A stretch of 26,743 nucleotides of DNA from Octopus sinensis (lineage: Eukaryota): positions 1-26,743 of the forward strand of contig NW_021827567.1 of the NCBI RefSeq assembly GCF_006345805.1, read 5' to 3'. Shown piece after piece: positions 1 to 11,482 of this stretch (position 1 is its first letter; each line of letters opens with the position of its first letter). Below the pieces are notes generated by a model. It was not told the DNA's origin, searched no databases, and saw nothing but the letters and a program-made list of their open reading frames with translations. Both the position numbers and the translations under genes were made by a program.

Positions 1-849
1 TCCTAATAGTTCGCTTTTAATTTGCTTTCCAAGATTCTTTATGCGAATTCGTGTGTTGAAGCATATTTTATTGTCTGGGGAGAGTCATTCTGTTTTAATG
101 CCTTATTGATTAACACACTCACCGGTTCGATTTCCACTCATATATTTATTTATCCTTTCTAGAATCTTCAATAGTCGTGGCCTCTGTCCGTTATCGGGGC
201 TGCGTTCTTTGTGTTTGTTTGTTGGTTTATAATATGATTTTCTAAACATCGAATGATTAGGAGGGTCCATCGGAGTCAAATATGATTCAAAGGAGTCCGT
301 CCATGGGTAAAAAAGGATTAAGAATCATTTCTCAAAGCCCTTTAAATGGCATTGTGTCTCGTTATGAAAGTTTTCTTTCTTATATACATATATTTGCTGC
401 GCCTCCATACCTTTACTTGTGTCTAGGTCAGCCAAATATCATATTAACTTATTCTTTTGTTTGTTGATGTCATAAGTTATTGAAGAAGCGATGTTATTAT
501 GTTCACCGAAAGTAGCGTTTTGGTTTTCGCTTCTTTTCAAATGTATTATTTCAATTTCCTGTTTCAATGCAGGCGTTACACAATCTCTTTTCATACCTTT
601 CCCAAAGTGGCTGCTATTAACTTGTATTAGAAGACATTTTCATAAACAGATGCGTAATATATAAATAGATAAAGGCAAGCAGAAAGTGCTTAGGTGTGGG
701 TCACAACTTGACAGTAAATAGTTAGGATGTGACGTCAGAGGCCGGTGACTGCGATAAAGAAAATTAGGAAAAAAGACGAAGCGCAAAAATGTGACGGACA
801 ATTGATCTGCCGAACTATTGAATAGCAGGCTAATGGAACTTTACAATAC

Positions 850-992
850 ATGCGTGCCCACATACACGCGCGCGCACACACATGCATACACACTACACGC
901 GCACACACTCATACACACACTCATACACACACACATACACATGAACACACACACGCACGCACTGACACGTACAAACACACATGCACACACAG

Positions 993-1032
<40 letters not shown>

Positions 1033-1085
1033 CACATGCATACATAGACACGCACACATACATACATAGACACACACACACGCAC
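850..1085. repeat. Imperfect (CA)n microsatellite (SINE tail)
   Basis: Direct inspection. Confidence 0.95.
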
Positions 1086-1235
1086 ATGTAAATACGAACA
1101 GCTTCCAGTTTCTGTCTGGTAATTCCTCTCCTAAGTCATTGGCTAACTGAAGTAGAAGACGTTTGTCCAAGGTGAAAGGTGACATGCAGTAGGAACGAAC
1201 CCGAAACTTCTAGACCACACAGCAATGCCTGCACC
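1070..1235 (-). mobile_element. Degenerate tRNA-derived SINE 5' part (octopus-type GGCGCAGGAGTGGCTGTGTGG family), within left IR arm
   Basis: Reverse complement reads gtgcaggcattgctgtgtggtctagaagtttcgggttcg...gacagaaactggaagc, homologous to copies at 5931-6310, 14327-14726 and 17615-18020. Confidence 0.8.
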
Positions 1236-1564
1236 TTGTCATTAATAATTTCGCTCCTCGAACAATATATAATCTGACAAAGTAGAATTTATAATTTTCA
1301 TACCTCTTTCCTTCTTCCTCTCTCGTCCAGTTTTTTCCTGTCGCTGGAAGCTACTATGGCGACCGAGAAAGTGGCAAAAGTGCCGCACAAGCTTTTGTCA
1401 CTTAAATCCAATACCCTACCAATGTCTCACAAACATTGCATTTCACTTCTTGGCCTGTTTTGTCCGGAAACGTCACATCTGCGCACACGAAAGGGTGGAA
1501 GTAAACCGGAACAACTCGGTTGAATGTAAAGACAGTCATTATTCTGACAAGATAGACAATCATG

Positions 1565-1579
1565 ATATATGTATGTATG

Positions 1580-1613
<34 letters not shown>

Positions 1614-1681
1614 TGTATGTATGTATGTGTGTGTATGCATGTATGTGTGTATGCATGCATATGTGCTTGTATGTATGTATG

Positions 1682-1715
<34 letters not shown>

Positions 1716-2162
1716 TGTATGTATGTATGTATGTATGTGTGCATGTATGTGTGTGTATGTATTTATGTATGTATGTGTACGTATGTATGTATGTGTATGT
1801 ATGTATTTATGTATGTGTATGCGCGTGTGTGTGCGTGTGTGTATAGGTATGTATGTATGTGTATATATATATATATATATTTATGTATTATGTATGTGTG
1901 GATGTATGTATGATTTGAATGTATGTATGTATTTATGTATGTATGTATGTGTGCATGTATGCATGTGTGCTTGTATGTATGTATGCATGTATGTATGTAT
2001 GTGTGTGTATGCGTGTGTACGTATGTATGTGTGCATGTATGTGTGCATGTATGTATGTGTGTGTATGTATTTATGTATGTAGGTGTATGTATGTATGTGT
2101 GTGTGTATGTAGTTTTATGTATGTATGTGTATGCGCGTGTGTGTATAGGTATGTATGTATGG

Positions 2163-2240
<78 letters not shown>

Positions 2241-2410
2241 GATGTATGTATGTATGAATTTATGTATGTATGTATTTATGTATGTATGTGTATGTACGTA
2301 TGTATGTGTGTGTATGTATGTGTGTATATGTTTGTGTATGTATGCATGTATGTGTGTGTATGTATGTATGAATGTATGTATTTGTGTGTATGTACGTGTA
2401 TGTATGTATT
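1565..2410. repeat. Compound (TATG)n/(TG)n/(TA)n microsatellite
   Basis: Direct inspection; pure (TA)n at ~2165-2227. Confidence 0.97.
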
Positions 2411-2681
2411 TTTCTCAGAGTTTAATTTCAGTTCTTGTGAGAGTTCAAACCGGTCACTATGAAAGCAACAAGAGTTAAGAGACTTCTCGGTGTTTGTAAA
2501 TATGTGGTTGAGTTGATGTGTTTGTTGCACTGTCGATGCATACGCCCATGTATGTGCATCTATTCACATAAGAATCTCACATGGAGAATTTTCGGGATGT
2601 CATACATGTCTACACCGTGCCCTAATAGATTGACTTTATAGAATCCGTGTCAGTTGCTTTTGCTCTTTTTCCATGATATCG

Positions 2682-2790
2682 TGTGTATGTATGTATGTAT
2701 GTGTGTGTGTATGTATGTATGTACGTATGTATGTATGTATGTAGTATGTATGTATGTATGTTGTATGTATGTATGTATGTATGAGTGTAT
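2682..2790. repeat. (TATG)n microsatellite
   Basis: Direct inspection. Confidence 0.97.
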
Positions 2791-2849
2791 GTCGATTTAT
2801 TTTATGAGTTTGATGTTTTAACAAAGAAACTCTGTTGCATTGGTTCCAC

Positions 2850-4047
2850 AATTCTTCGTGGACAGGGAGCAAACGTAAGATTAACCCACCCCTCCAAGAA
2901 ACCACAGAAAGAACAAGAAAAAGAAGGATACTTTATAGAAGACTCTCTCTCTTCAAACAAAGAAAATAGAGATAGCGTCAACCGAAGAAATTGAAAAGGC
3001 TCTATAGCTTATTTTGTTCAAAGTGGCATTCATGAAAAGAGGAAAGAAATACGGTACCGTTGGGGTAGAATTCATATCAAAACACGACGCTGGGGATGAT
3101 TCCATGATGCCCCTGCAGACGAAGGAGCTGGCTCTTTTACCGTAATACCTTGGCAAAAGAACCACAAAAGTCACAATAGAAGGTTATCCACCTGAAATTA
3201 GATCGGCGTGGCTTCTGGCAGCCGCTGCTCCAATATGAAGGAGGAGGTGACATTGCTGGGGTTCGAGTAGAAAAAAGTGCAGAACTGTTGTGGCGGGAGT
3301 CTTTGGGCGAAATTTCAAGCCAAACAAGGGGAACTGGAGGAAATTCCAGAATTTATAATTCTGCCGGATGAAACAAAACTAAGTCTCGGTCCAGAGCAGA
3401 GTCCAAAGATGTTTCGATTGCGGCCTGAAGGGTTACACAAGGAAAACATGCTCCTAGACCCTTCAAGCTGAAGCATATGGAAAAAAACAGGTTGAACAAT
3501 AGGAACAGCAGGGAAAGCCTTACATAGAGGCTCCAAGTGAAGAGGAAAAGAAGCAGAAAGAAGGAGAATTGCACGCCGGAGGAAGCTGGACCGTCTAGAT
3601 CTGCCGAGGTGAGTGAAGAGGAATGGTCATTTGCAGGGAGGAAGTGGGAAAAAAGTTCTTGTTCTCTTCCTCCAAAAAAGAAAAAAAAACATAAAAAGCT
3701 TTAAAATGAATGCACAAGAACAGATACGAACGCAGACAAAAGACATTATAAACGCAGACAGCAGAAAAGAAAAAGTTATCCCCACCCAAAAGAACACTGA
3801 ATACAACACAAGGAACACAAAGCAAAGACAAAGAGACAAAAATAGAACAACTGTGTAAAAACTTTTTCTAAAAATATTCAATGACGTTATCTGGAGTGTG
3901 GCGTTCGAGTTGACGTCATCCACCTTCTCATTAACCAGTAACATTCTTTTCATTCGATTTTATTTTTGCCCTCTTTTGTGTTTCGTCTGTACTTGCTTGT
4001 CCCCTTGTCCCCTTGTTAGGCACTGTGTAGCTAAATAAAGAAATACA
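2850..4047 (+). mobile_element. Decayed non-LTR retrotransposon, L1/Tx1-type ORF1 (gag-like) joined to a 3' UTR; ORF2 essentially absent
   Basis: Broken frame ...EEIEKAL*LILFKVAFMKRGKKYGTVGVEF...YLGKRTTKVTIEGYPPEIRSAW... then a zinc knuckle CFDCGLKGYTRKTC at 3410-3451 (CX2CX4HX4C with H>Y). Pyrimidine-rich 3' end with AATAAA at 4034-4039. The clade assignment is from recalled similarity. Confidence 0.65.
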
Positions 4048-4129
4048 GTCGACGAGCTATGCATTTGAGTTACGGTAGGACATAGTATTGTTGCAGTTGT
4101 TTCCCTCGTGTTTAAAAACTGTTAGTGTC

Positions 4130-4720
4130 CTTTGACGTTATTCTTCTGAACAGGTTTGATTCTCCTGCTGTTTCCCCGTTAGGATCGAAATGGTTGCATT
4201 TTGTGTGGGAATTGTGCCCGCAGAAAAAGACTAGTGATTTGTATGAAATGTTAGAGCCCTTGGAAAGCATCGACTCTGAATACAAAAGCGACTCGGAAGA
4301 AAGTGTGGACGATTATGCAGCAGGTGAAAAGCCAAGAAGATACAACAGGGCAGAAACGTGGAAAACTTCAACCAATTCTGCGGGGAGAGGGAGCAAACGT
4401 TAGATTAACTACATCAATGAGGCCACAGAGGAAACAAGAAAAAGAACGATAGCTTATAGAACACTAATTCTTAACTTGCCAAAAGAAATACACAAATCGC
4501 AATAGACGGTTATCCACCTGAAATTAGATCAGCGTGGCTTGTAGTAGCCGCTTGCTCCTATATGAAGGAGGAGGTGACACTATTGGAGTTCGAGGGGAAA
4601 AAAGTGGAGAACTGGTGTGGTTGGAGTTCTCGGGCGACAATTTAAGCTGCACTAGCGGAACTGGAGGCAATTCCAGAATTTATAATTCTGCTGGGCCAGC
4701 CACGCAGAGACGACGAAATA
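4130..4720 (+). mobile_element. Second, tandem, more deleted copy of the same ORF1-like element
   Basis: Direct-repeat homology: gggagcaaacgt.agattaac (2860s vs 4380s) and ggttatccacctgaaattagatc.gcgtggctt...ttccagaatttataattctgc (3182-3363 vs 4508-4691). Confidence 0.85.
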
Positions 4721-4746
4721 CGTCGTCATAATGCAGGACATAAGAA

Positions 4747-5833
4747 AATGATTGTGAGACATCAGTGGATTATTTGATTTCAGTGACAAAAGCTTGTGTG
4801 ACACTTTTGCTACTTTCTCGGTCGCCATAGTAGCTTCCAGCGACAAGAAAAATCTGGACGAGAGCGGGAGATAGAAAGGTAAATGGAAATTATAAATTTC
4901 ACTTTGCCAGATTATATATTGTTCGAGGAACGAAATTATTAATGACTTAGTGCAGGCATGGCTGTGTGGTCAAGAAGTTTCGGGTTCGCTCCCACTGCAT
5001 GTCACCTTGGGCAAATATCTTGGTTTAGAATTAAGTAGACGGAAACTGTGGAAGCTCTTCGCATTTACGTGTGCGTGTGTGTGTATGTGTGTGTGTGCAC
5101 GTGTGTGTGTATGTATGTGTGTTTGTGTGTGACCCACACCTAAGCACTTTCTGATTGCCTTTATCTATTTATATATTACGCATCTGTTTATGAAAATGTC
5201 TTCTAATACAAATTAATAGCAGCCACTTTGGGAAAGGTATGAAAAGAGATTGTGTAACGCCTGCATTGAAACAGGAAATTGAAATAATACATTTGAAAAG
5301 AAGCGAAAACCAAAACGCTACTTTCGGTGAACATAATAACATCGCTTCTTCAATTACTTATGACATCAACAAACAAAAGAATAAGTTAATCTGATATTTG
5401 GCTGACTTAGACACAAGTAAAGGTATAGAGGCGCAGCAAATATATATATAAAAAGAAGAAAACTTTCATAACGAGACACAATGCCATTTAAAGGGCTTTG
5501 AGAAATGATTCTTAATCCTTTTTTACCCATGGACGGACTCCTTTGAATCGTATTTGATTCCGATGGAGCCTCCTAATCATTCGATGTTTAGAAAATCATA
5601 TTATAAACCAACAAACAAACACAAAGAACGCAGCCCCGATAACGGACAGAGGCCACGACTATTGAAGATTCTAGAAAGGATAAATAAATATATGAGTGGA
5701 AATCGAACTGGTGAATGTGTTAATCAATAAGGCATTAAAACAGAATGACTCTCCCCATACAATAAACTACGCTTCAACACACGAATTCGCATAAAGAATC
5801 TTGGAAAGCAAATATAAAAGCGAAATATTAGGA
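4747..5833. repeat. Right arm of long inverted repeat (partner 1-1437)
   Basis: Base-by-base reverse-complement match to the window start. Confidence 0.95.
4949..5130 (+). mobile_element. Degenerate tRNA-derived SINE 5' part with (TG)n tail, within right IR arm
   Basis: gtgcaggcatggctgtgtggtcaagaagtttcgggttcgctccc...gtagacggaaactg; same position and same internal deletion as the left-arm copy. Confidence 0.8.
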
Positions 5834-5930
5834 ATTGTATCGAAAAATTGTAAAAATATCTTCGGTATATATATATATATATATAATATATTATATATAT
5901 ATACCGAAGATATTTTATTCTCTTCTTTTA

Positions 5931-6309
5931 TTCTTTTACTTCTTTCAGTGATTTGACTGCGGCCATACTGGAGCACCGCCTTTTGTCGAGCAAATCTACC
6001 CCAGGACATTTTTTTGTAAGCCTAGTACGTATTCTATCCGTGTCTTTTGTCCAACCGCTAAAGTAGGGGACGTAAACACACCAGAGTCGGTTGTCAAGCT
6101 ATGGTGGGGAGACAACACAGGCGCACAAACACACACATACATATATACGACGGGCTTCTTTCATTTTCTGTCTACCAAATCCACTCACAAGGCTTTGGTC
6201 AGCCCGAAGCTATACAAGAAGGCACTTGCCCAAAGTGCCGTGCAATGGGACTGAACTCGGAACAATGTGGTTGGTAAGCAAGGTACTTATCACACAGCCA
6301 CTCCTGCGC

Positions 6310-6310
<1 letters not shown>
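5931..6310 (-). mobile_element. Near full-length tRNA-derived SINE (octopus-type)
   Basis: Reverse complement starts ggcgcaggagtggctgtgtg, has B-box-like gagttcagtccc, an internal (TG/TA)n tract and ends tgaaagaagtaaaagaa; multiple copies in window. Confidence 0.9.
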
Positions 6311-6385
<75 letters not shown>

Positions 6386-6475
6386 CTATCTGTCTATCTA
6401 TTTATCTAGCCATCTATCTTTCTATTTATCTATCTATGTATTTATCTATCTATTAATCTATCTATCCTATCTATG
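6311..6475. repeat. (TATC)n microsatellite
   Basis: Direct inspection. Confidence 0.97.
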
Positions 6476-7241
6476 CACGTATGTTTGTTGTGTGTGTGTA
6501 ATATGCAATGCATGTGTGTGCGATCGCGTGGATGTGTCTGTGTGTGTGTGTACTTGTCTGTGTATGTGTGCACGCGCGCACGTACTTGTGTGTATGCGAT
6601 TCTGCGTCCACATGCATGGTACATAGGGATATATGTACCTCACAAGATAACCCTTAATCTTTCGAGGCAACTACTCCCGAAACTGCTAAAAATATTTAGC
6701 AATTAGTTAGAGCATAGAACGAATGTGTATGTGAAATAAACTATAATAATGAATTTTGAATATATCAAAGCTTATATGAAACTTGTAGTTCTCTTCCGGG
6801 ACATCTGGATGTTTCTGTGGTAAATTGCTTCTTCAGATGTATCGAAAGAGACAGCTTCCCGTGAAACATTGCAAAACGTAGCAGTCATCCACAAACGACT
6901 GAGTATACTTTGGTCAGAAATTACAACCGAAACCTTCCAATTTTACCATATAAACTGGTTGTGGAGAATTCCGCTAGTTAAACAAGGCTATGGATCGCAC
7001 TTTAAAAAACGTATAGCTCAAACTCTGTCTCTAGAGCCACTAATGTGTCTCTAGTGCCATTCAGTTGTCACTCACGCTTCTAGCGACTACGGGGAGGGAG
7101 CTGATCGCACTGTGCAATCGTAGTATGGTGATATCGGAGTGACTTCCAGGGTGCAGGTCCGTGCAAGGCTTTATGGAAAGCAGCAATTATTTATGCAGCA
7201 AAATACACGTTGTACCAAGGAGGCCAAGGCGAGGAATAGAT

Positions 7242-7242
<1 letters not shown>

Positions 7243-7320
<78 letters not shown>

Positions 7321-7481
7321 GCTCAGTTCTATACGCAGCTCAAGAAACATTTTTATATTTTTATTCATCACCACGCCACCGATCAGTCCAATAACCATAG
7401 GCCGCGACAGGTGAATACATTTCTGGCTGCTTGCCTATAATCAACACCCAGGAATATGAGTCATGTGTCGTGTGTGTGTGT

Positions 7482-7558
<77 letters not shown>
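7243..7558. repeat. (TG)n at 7243-7316 and (TG)n(TC)n at ~7465-7558
   Basis: Direct inspection. Confidence 0.95.
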
Positions 7559-7560
<2 letters not shown>

Positions 7561-8584
7561 CCATTTTCCTTTTACAGTACTTTTACTGATAAAGACAGAC
7601 AAACAGTTGTTTATAAAGGAATCTCATTCAAAATTTTTTCACTGCAAAAGCTGAATATTTTTCACCCAACGCTTGGTTTCCACGGACACAGATTAGAATA
7701 CATAAATGTGTGGTTATTGTGTTTTATTGCTGCCAGTATTACTATTCGTGTTTGTATTTTTATGTATGTGTGTGTATGTGTAACAATGTGTGTGTGCTTA
7801 TTCGTTTGTGTTTATGTGTATGCGTGTGTGCGTGTGAATGTGGGTTCGTAAGTGAGACAGGGAGGGGAAATAAAGACAAATGACAAAGAAAGGAACTCAA
7901 CATTTTGTGGTGTGTAAGAATGAAGACATTAGGGGAGAGAAATGAGAAGCAGAAAGGGGCAGAGAGAAGGAAAATGGACAGAGACAGTAAAGGGAAGAGA
8001 GGCTAGGGTGGAGGGGACTGAAGAGTACTAGGGGAGAGAAAAGGAGGGTAATGGAGGAAGAATGGGAAGAAAGAAAGGAAGGACGAAAACAAGAGGGAGA
8101 TGAAGAGAGAGAGAGAGAGAGAGAGAGAAGGAGCAAAGAGCTAATATTTGTGTTTCGTATCGAGGCAAACAAAAGCTGGGAGAGGATGTCGTCATAAAGT
8201 TGAAGACAAAAAAAAATAATAAAGAGAAAGAAAAAAGAAAGAAGTAGAGACGCGATTTGAAATGATTCGTTTCCTGTCTCTACTTTGTATTCATTGGTGA
8301 CTTCTGGGTGACGATCAAGTACCTAAAATAACCAGCCACTTCCGCTTCCTGAGATATAACATGAAGTGGCAATTTGACTCCCATGTTTGTTTGTTTTTGG
8401 ATTGTTTATATATTTTTTGAAAGAGATTCTTTTATATTTCTCTGTGTTTGACTCTGTGTGTGTGTGTGTGAGATGACCACCACGTACTACTGAAATTTAC
8501 TGGGAATGTCATTTTAATTGTAATTTTTTTTTGCTTTCGTTTTGAGTATGTGTGTTTGTGTGCGTCTGGGGGTAAGTGTGTTTA

Positions 8585-8593
8585 TAAGTGTGT

Positions 8594-8653
<60 letters not shown>

Positions 8654-8925
8654 TTCTTTAGAGACATTTGGCCCTTAACGTGAACTGCTGTTTCAGTTAC
8701 GTTCAGGGCTGTATGTGTTTGGATAGAGACATACAGACAGACAGATACATACATACATACATACATACATACATACAAACATACATACAAACATACATAC
8801 AAGCATGCATGCATGCATACATACATACATACATACATACATACATACATACATACATACATACATACATACATACATACATACATACATACATACGTAC
8901 GTACTTACGTACATGCATACATTCA
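8585..8925. repeat. (TG)n at ~8585-8650 and (CATA)n at ~8735-8925
   Basis: Direct inspection. Confidence 0.95.
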
Positions 8926-8959
8926 CGCAAAATGAGTTGATTTGTAATTTATTTTCGTA

Positions 8960-10223
8960 TTGGGTTGACAACCAAGTTCCCACCGTTTTCTTTTTTAATT
9001 TAAATTTTTTAAAAGGTTTAATAAAAAAAGAATAACAACTAATTAATCAATAATGTATTCACCCTTGTTGTTTACAACTTCTTCCCAACGTTCAACAAGA
9101 TTTTCAATACCTCGTTGGTAGAAATCACCCGATTTCGACTCGAAAAATTGATCCAACCAAGCTCTCAATTCTGCATCAGTATTGAACGAAACTCCGTGCA
9201 TAGCATTTGAAAAAGATCGGAGGAAGAAATCTGTTGGTGCAAAATCAGGAGAGTACAGCGGGTGTGGCAACACTTCCCAGCCATGCGTTTGAATGGCTTC
9301 CTTGGTCATATTGAGGGCGGGTGTTGTCGTGCAGCAGAACTCCATGCTGCCGATTAGGTCTTTTCTCTTGAATAGCCATGTTGAGTCGTTCCGCCTGTTG
9401 AACATAGAGCTCTGCGTTGACCGTTTGGTTCCGTTCAAGCAATTCGTAATGGATAATCCCTTCCCAGTCCCACTATACGCACAACATCGTTTTACGCGGA
9501 TGAAGATCTTGTTCCACGCGCGGTGTCGCTTGTTTACCGGGGCTAAGCCATTCCTTACGCTGCTTCATATTGATGTACAGGCATCATTTTTCGTCGCCAG
9601 TAACGATTCGGTAAAGAAATCGTTGCTTGTGTCCATTAGTTGAGCGTTGACGAGCCAGCAAACCAGCGGAGATTGTGGCTCGTTGATTTCTGTTGTTGTC
9701 ACTTAAAACATGCGGAACACATGCTCCATACTTCTGAACCTTTCCCATCGAGTGAAGATGCTTCCCTGTAGCAGTGTGGGAGCATTCCATTTTCTCTACC
9801 AGTTTCCTTGTCGTTTGACGAGAATTTTCGGTCAAAAGTTGGTTTAATTGCTCTTCATCGAACTCAACTGGACGGCCAGAACGAGGTGCGTCTTTGAAGT
9901 CAAAATTTCCATTTTTGAACTTCGCATACCAATCAAGAGCGGTTCTTTCAGCTATGGCACTCTTTCCATACACAGCGCAAATGTTGCGAGCAGCTTGATT
10001 AAAAGCAAAAAGAAGAAGGTGTCGAAAATGCTCGTTTTTCTTAACTTGACATTTTAATGATCTGAAAATAAACAAAAATTAACTAAAATTAATTAGAAAA
10101 CAAAACAAAATAGATTCCAAAATGATTCAAAAATAGAATTCTCGAAAAAAGTAGATTCCAAAATTTAAAAACGCAATAAATTCCAAAATATAAAAAACCG
10201 TGGGAACTTAGTTGCCAACCCAA
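8960..10223 (-). mobile_element. Full-length mariner (Tc1/mariner, DD34D) DNA transposon, inactive
   Basis: ~30-bp TIRs ttgggttgacaaccaagttcccaccgtttt and rc ttgggttggcaactaagttcccacggtttt; TA TSD at 8958-8959 and 10224-10225; length 1264 bp. Confidence 0.95.
9043..10052 (-). pseudogene. Mariner transposase pseudogene (Mos1/Hsmar1-like)
   Basis: HTH region HFRHLLLFAFN...APRSGRP; WVPHEL-like CVPHVL; catalytic TGDEK, HDNTRP and YSPDFAPTD; C-terminal RWEEVVNNKGEY. Stop after TGDEK, frameshifts, and the ATG at 10052 is out of frame. Confidence 0.95.
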
Positions 10224-10403
10224 TATATTACGCATAAGATTTGTCTACACACGCATACACATTCACGTATGTACGTATATATGTATACGCGTATGTTGCT
10301 TGAATATATACATTTATTATTTCATATATATATAGACACACACACTCATACAATCACATACACATACAAATATATATATTCTTTTGTTGTCTTACCATTT
10401 TTA

Positions 10404-10450
<47 letters not shown>

Positions 10451-11007
10451 TAGAGAAAGAATCACTATTATGCAATTCAAACAATGATAGACATAAACCA
10501 AATCATAAATAAAAAATAAAATATAATATATATATTTTTAAAACATATAACTAGATCACAAAAAGTATAAAAATGAATAATCAATATATAATAAGTAAAT
10601 AATAAGTAAATAATAAATATATATTACTGGAGTAATATTCTTTTGCTTAATGAATTAATCTCAGATTGTGTTATAAATAATAATTTAAAGCACGCACAAA
10701 ATCACACACACACACACACACACCCTTATATTTACATTCTTCTTTGGTTTGTTTAATTGTAGTGTTATATATTTTAATGTGGGAAGAATCTTCGCCGTCT
10801 CCCGCGATTTGGTCACTCACACATTTCCAATCCATTTCAGAGATTCAGTGGAATTGTGTCAAAGACTAAGTCACAGATATCTGTGACGCAGTTCGTTGAC
10901 ATTTTCTGCGACATGATACTACCAAAGGATATAACAAATGTGTTTATTACGGTGCATAAAGTGTGTTTGAAATGATTAATCATATACCTGCGTGTATGGT
11001 TTTGCAT

Positions 11008-11008
11008 G

Positions 11009-11061
<53 letters not shown>

Positions 11062-11130
11062 CACCACTACTACTACTCCTACTACCACTACTACTACTAC
11101 TATTACTGCTGCTGCTGTTGCAACTACTAA
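11008..11130. repeat. (TAC)n/(CAC)n trinucleotide microsatellite
   Basis: Direct inspection. Confidence 0.95.
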
Positions 11131-11253
11131 TACTACTCATCACATGTAAATGTATGTTTGTATTTTTTAAAAACTAAGAAAATGATTTAAGAACTTGAGT
11201 ACTTCATCATTGACAAAAGGAAAACGTTTACATTTTTTTTACAATTATTTTTT

Positions 11254-11482
11254 AGAGTGGATAACAGTTTTAAAGTAGCTAACTTCCTTGACATCACTTC
11301 ACATTTTAAATACAAGCTTATATTTTCCCTTTCGAAAAACTAATGAATGCCTCCAATTTGTTAATGTTAAATCTACCCACCCTAGGCCTGTCTTAAGTTG
11401 TATCGTTTCTAGTGTTTCTATTACAATTTCCAATCTCTCCGCAAATGAAAATATCTTTAACAATCGCACCTCTTTACTGTAA
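11254..11482 (+). pseudogene. Penelope-like element reverse transcriptase remnant (end of RT core and thumb)
   Basis: RVDNSFKVANFLDIT, frameshift, then LNTSLYFPFRKTNECLQFVNVKSTHPRPVLSCIVSSVSITISNLSANENIFN. This parallels the PLE pattern vNFLDvTl...Y.PyRKpN....yi...SnHP..i...i...RiS.lS.nE..Fn. Confidence 0.75.

Larger units (their letters stand above)
1..1437. repeat. Left arm of long inverted repeat (partner 4747-5833); probably extends upstream of the window
   Basis: 1-704 is the reverse complement of ~5128-5833 (121-240 has 1 mismatch in 120 bp). 1081-1437 matches ~4747-5075 with more mismatches and indels. ~705-1040 is absent from the right arm. Confidence 0.95.

Noticed and set aside
470-525. 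TTGAAGA...CGAAAG hammerhead-like spacing in the IR arms
   Set aside because: U3-G8 core, no helix II pairing, and no helix I or NUH complement downstream
1402-1560. Minus-strand peptide ...EVKCNVCETLVGYWI resembling Yippee/FAM72-type CxxC motifs
   Set aside because: Single short motif, not conserved in the right IR arm, no splice context
818-2530. Many long ORFs (MYVC, HTHT, YIYI repeats) here and throughout the window
   Set aside because: They are translations of microsatellites lacking stop codons; no coding signal
8240-8360. CGCGATTTGAA (CDE/CHR-like) and ACTTCCGCTTCCTG (tandem ETS-like) motifs
   Set aside because: Short motifs expected by chance; no adjacent gene or CpG island
10376-10645. 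11-bp direct repeat atattcttttg flanking an AT-rich block, a possible TSD
   Set aside because: Low-complexity context makes a chance match likely; no element features identified
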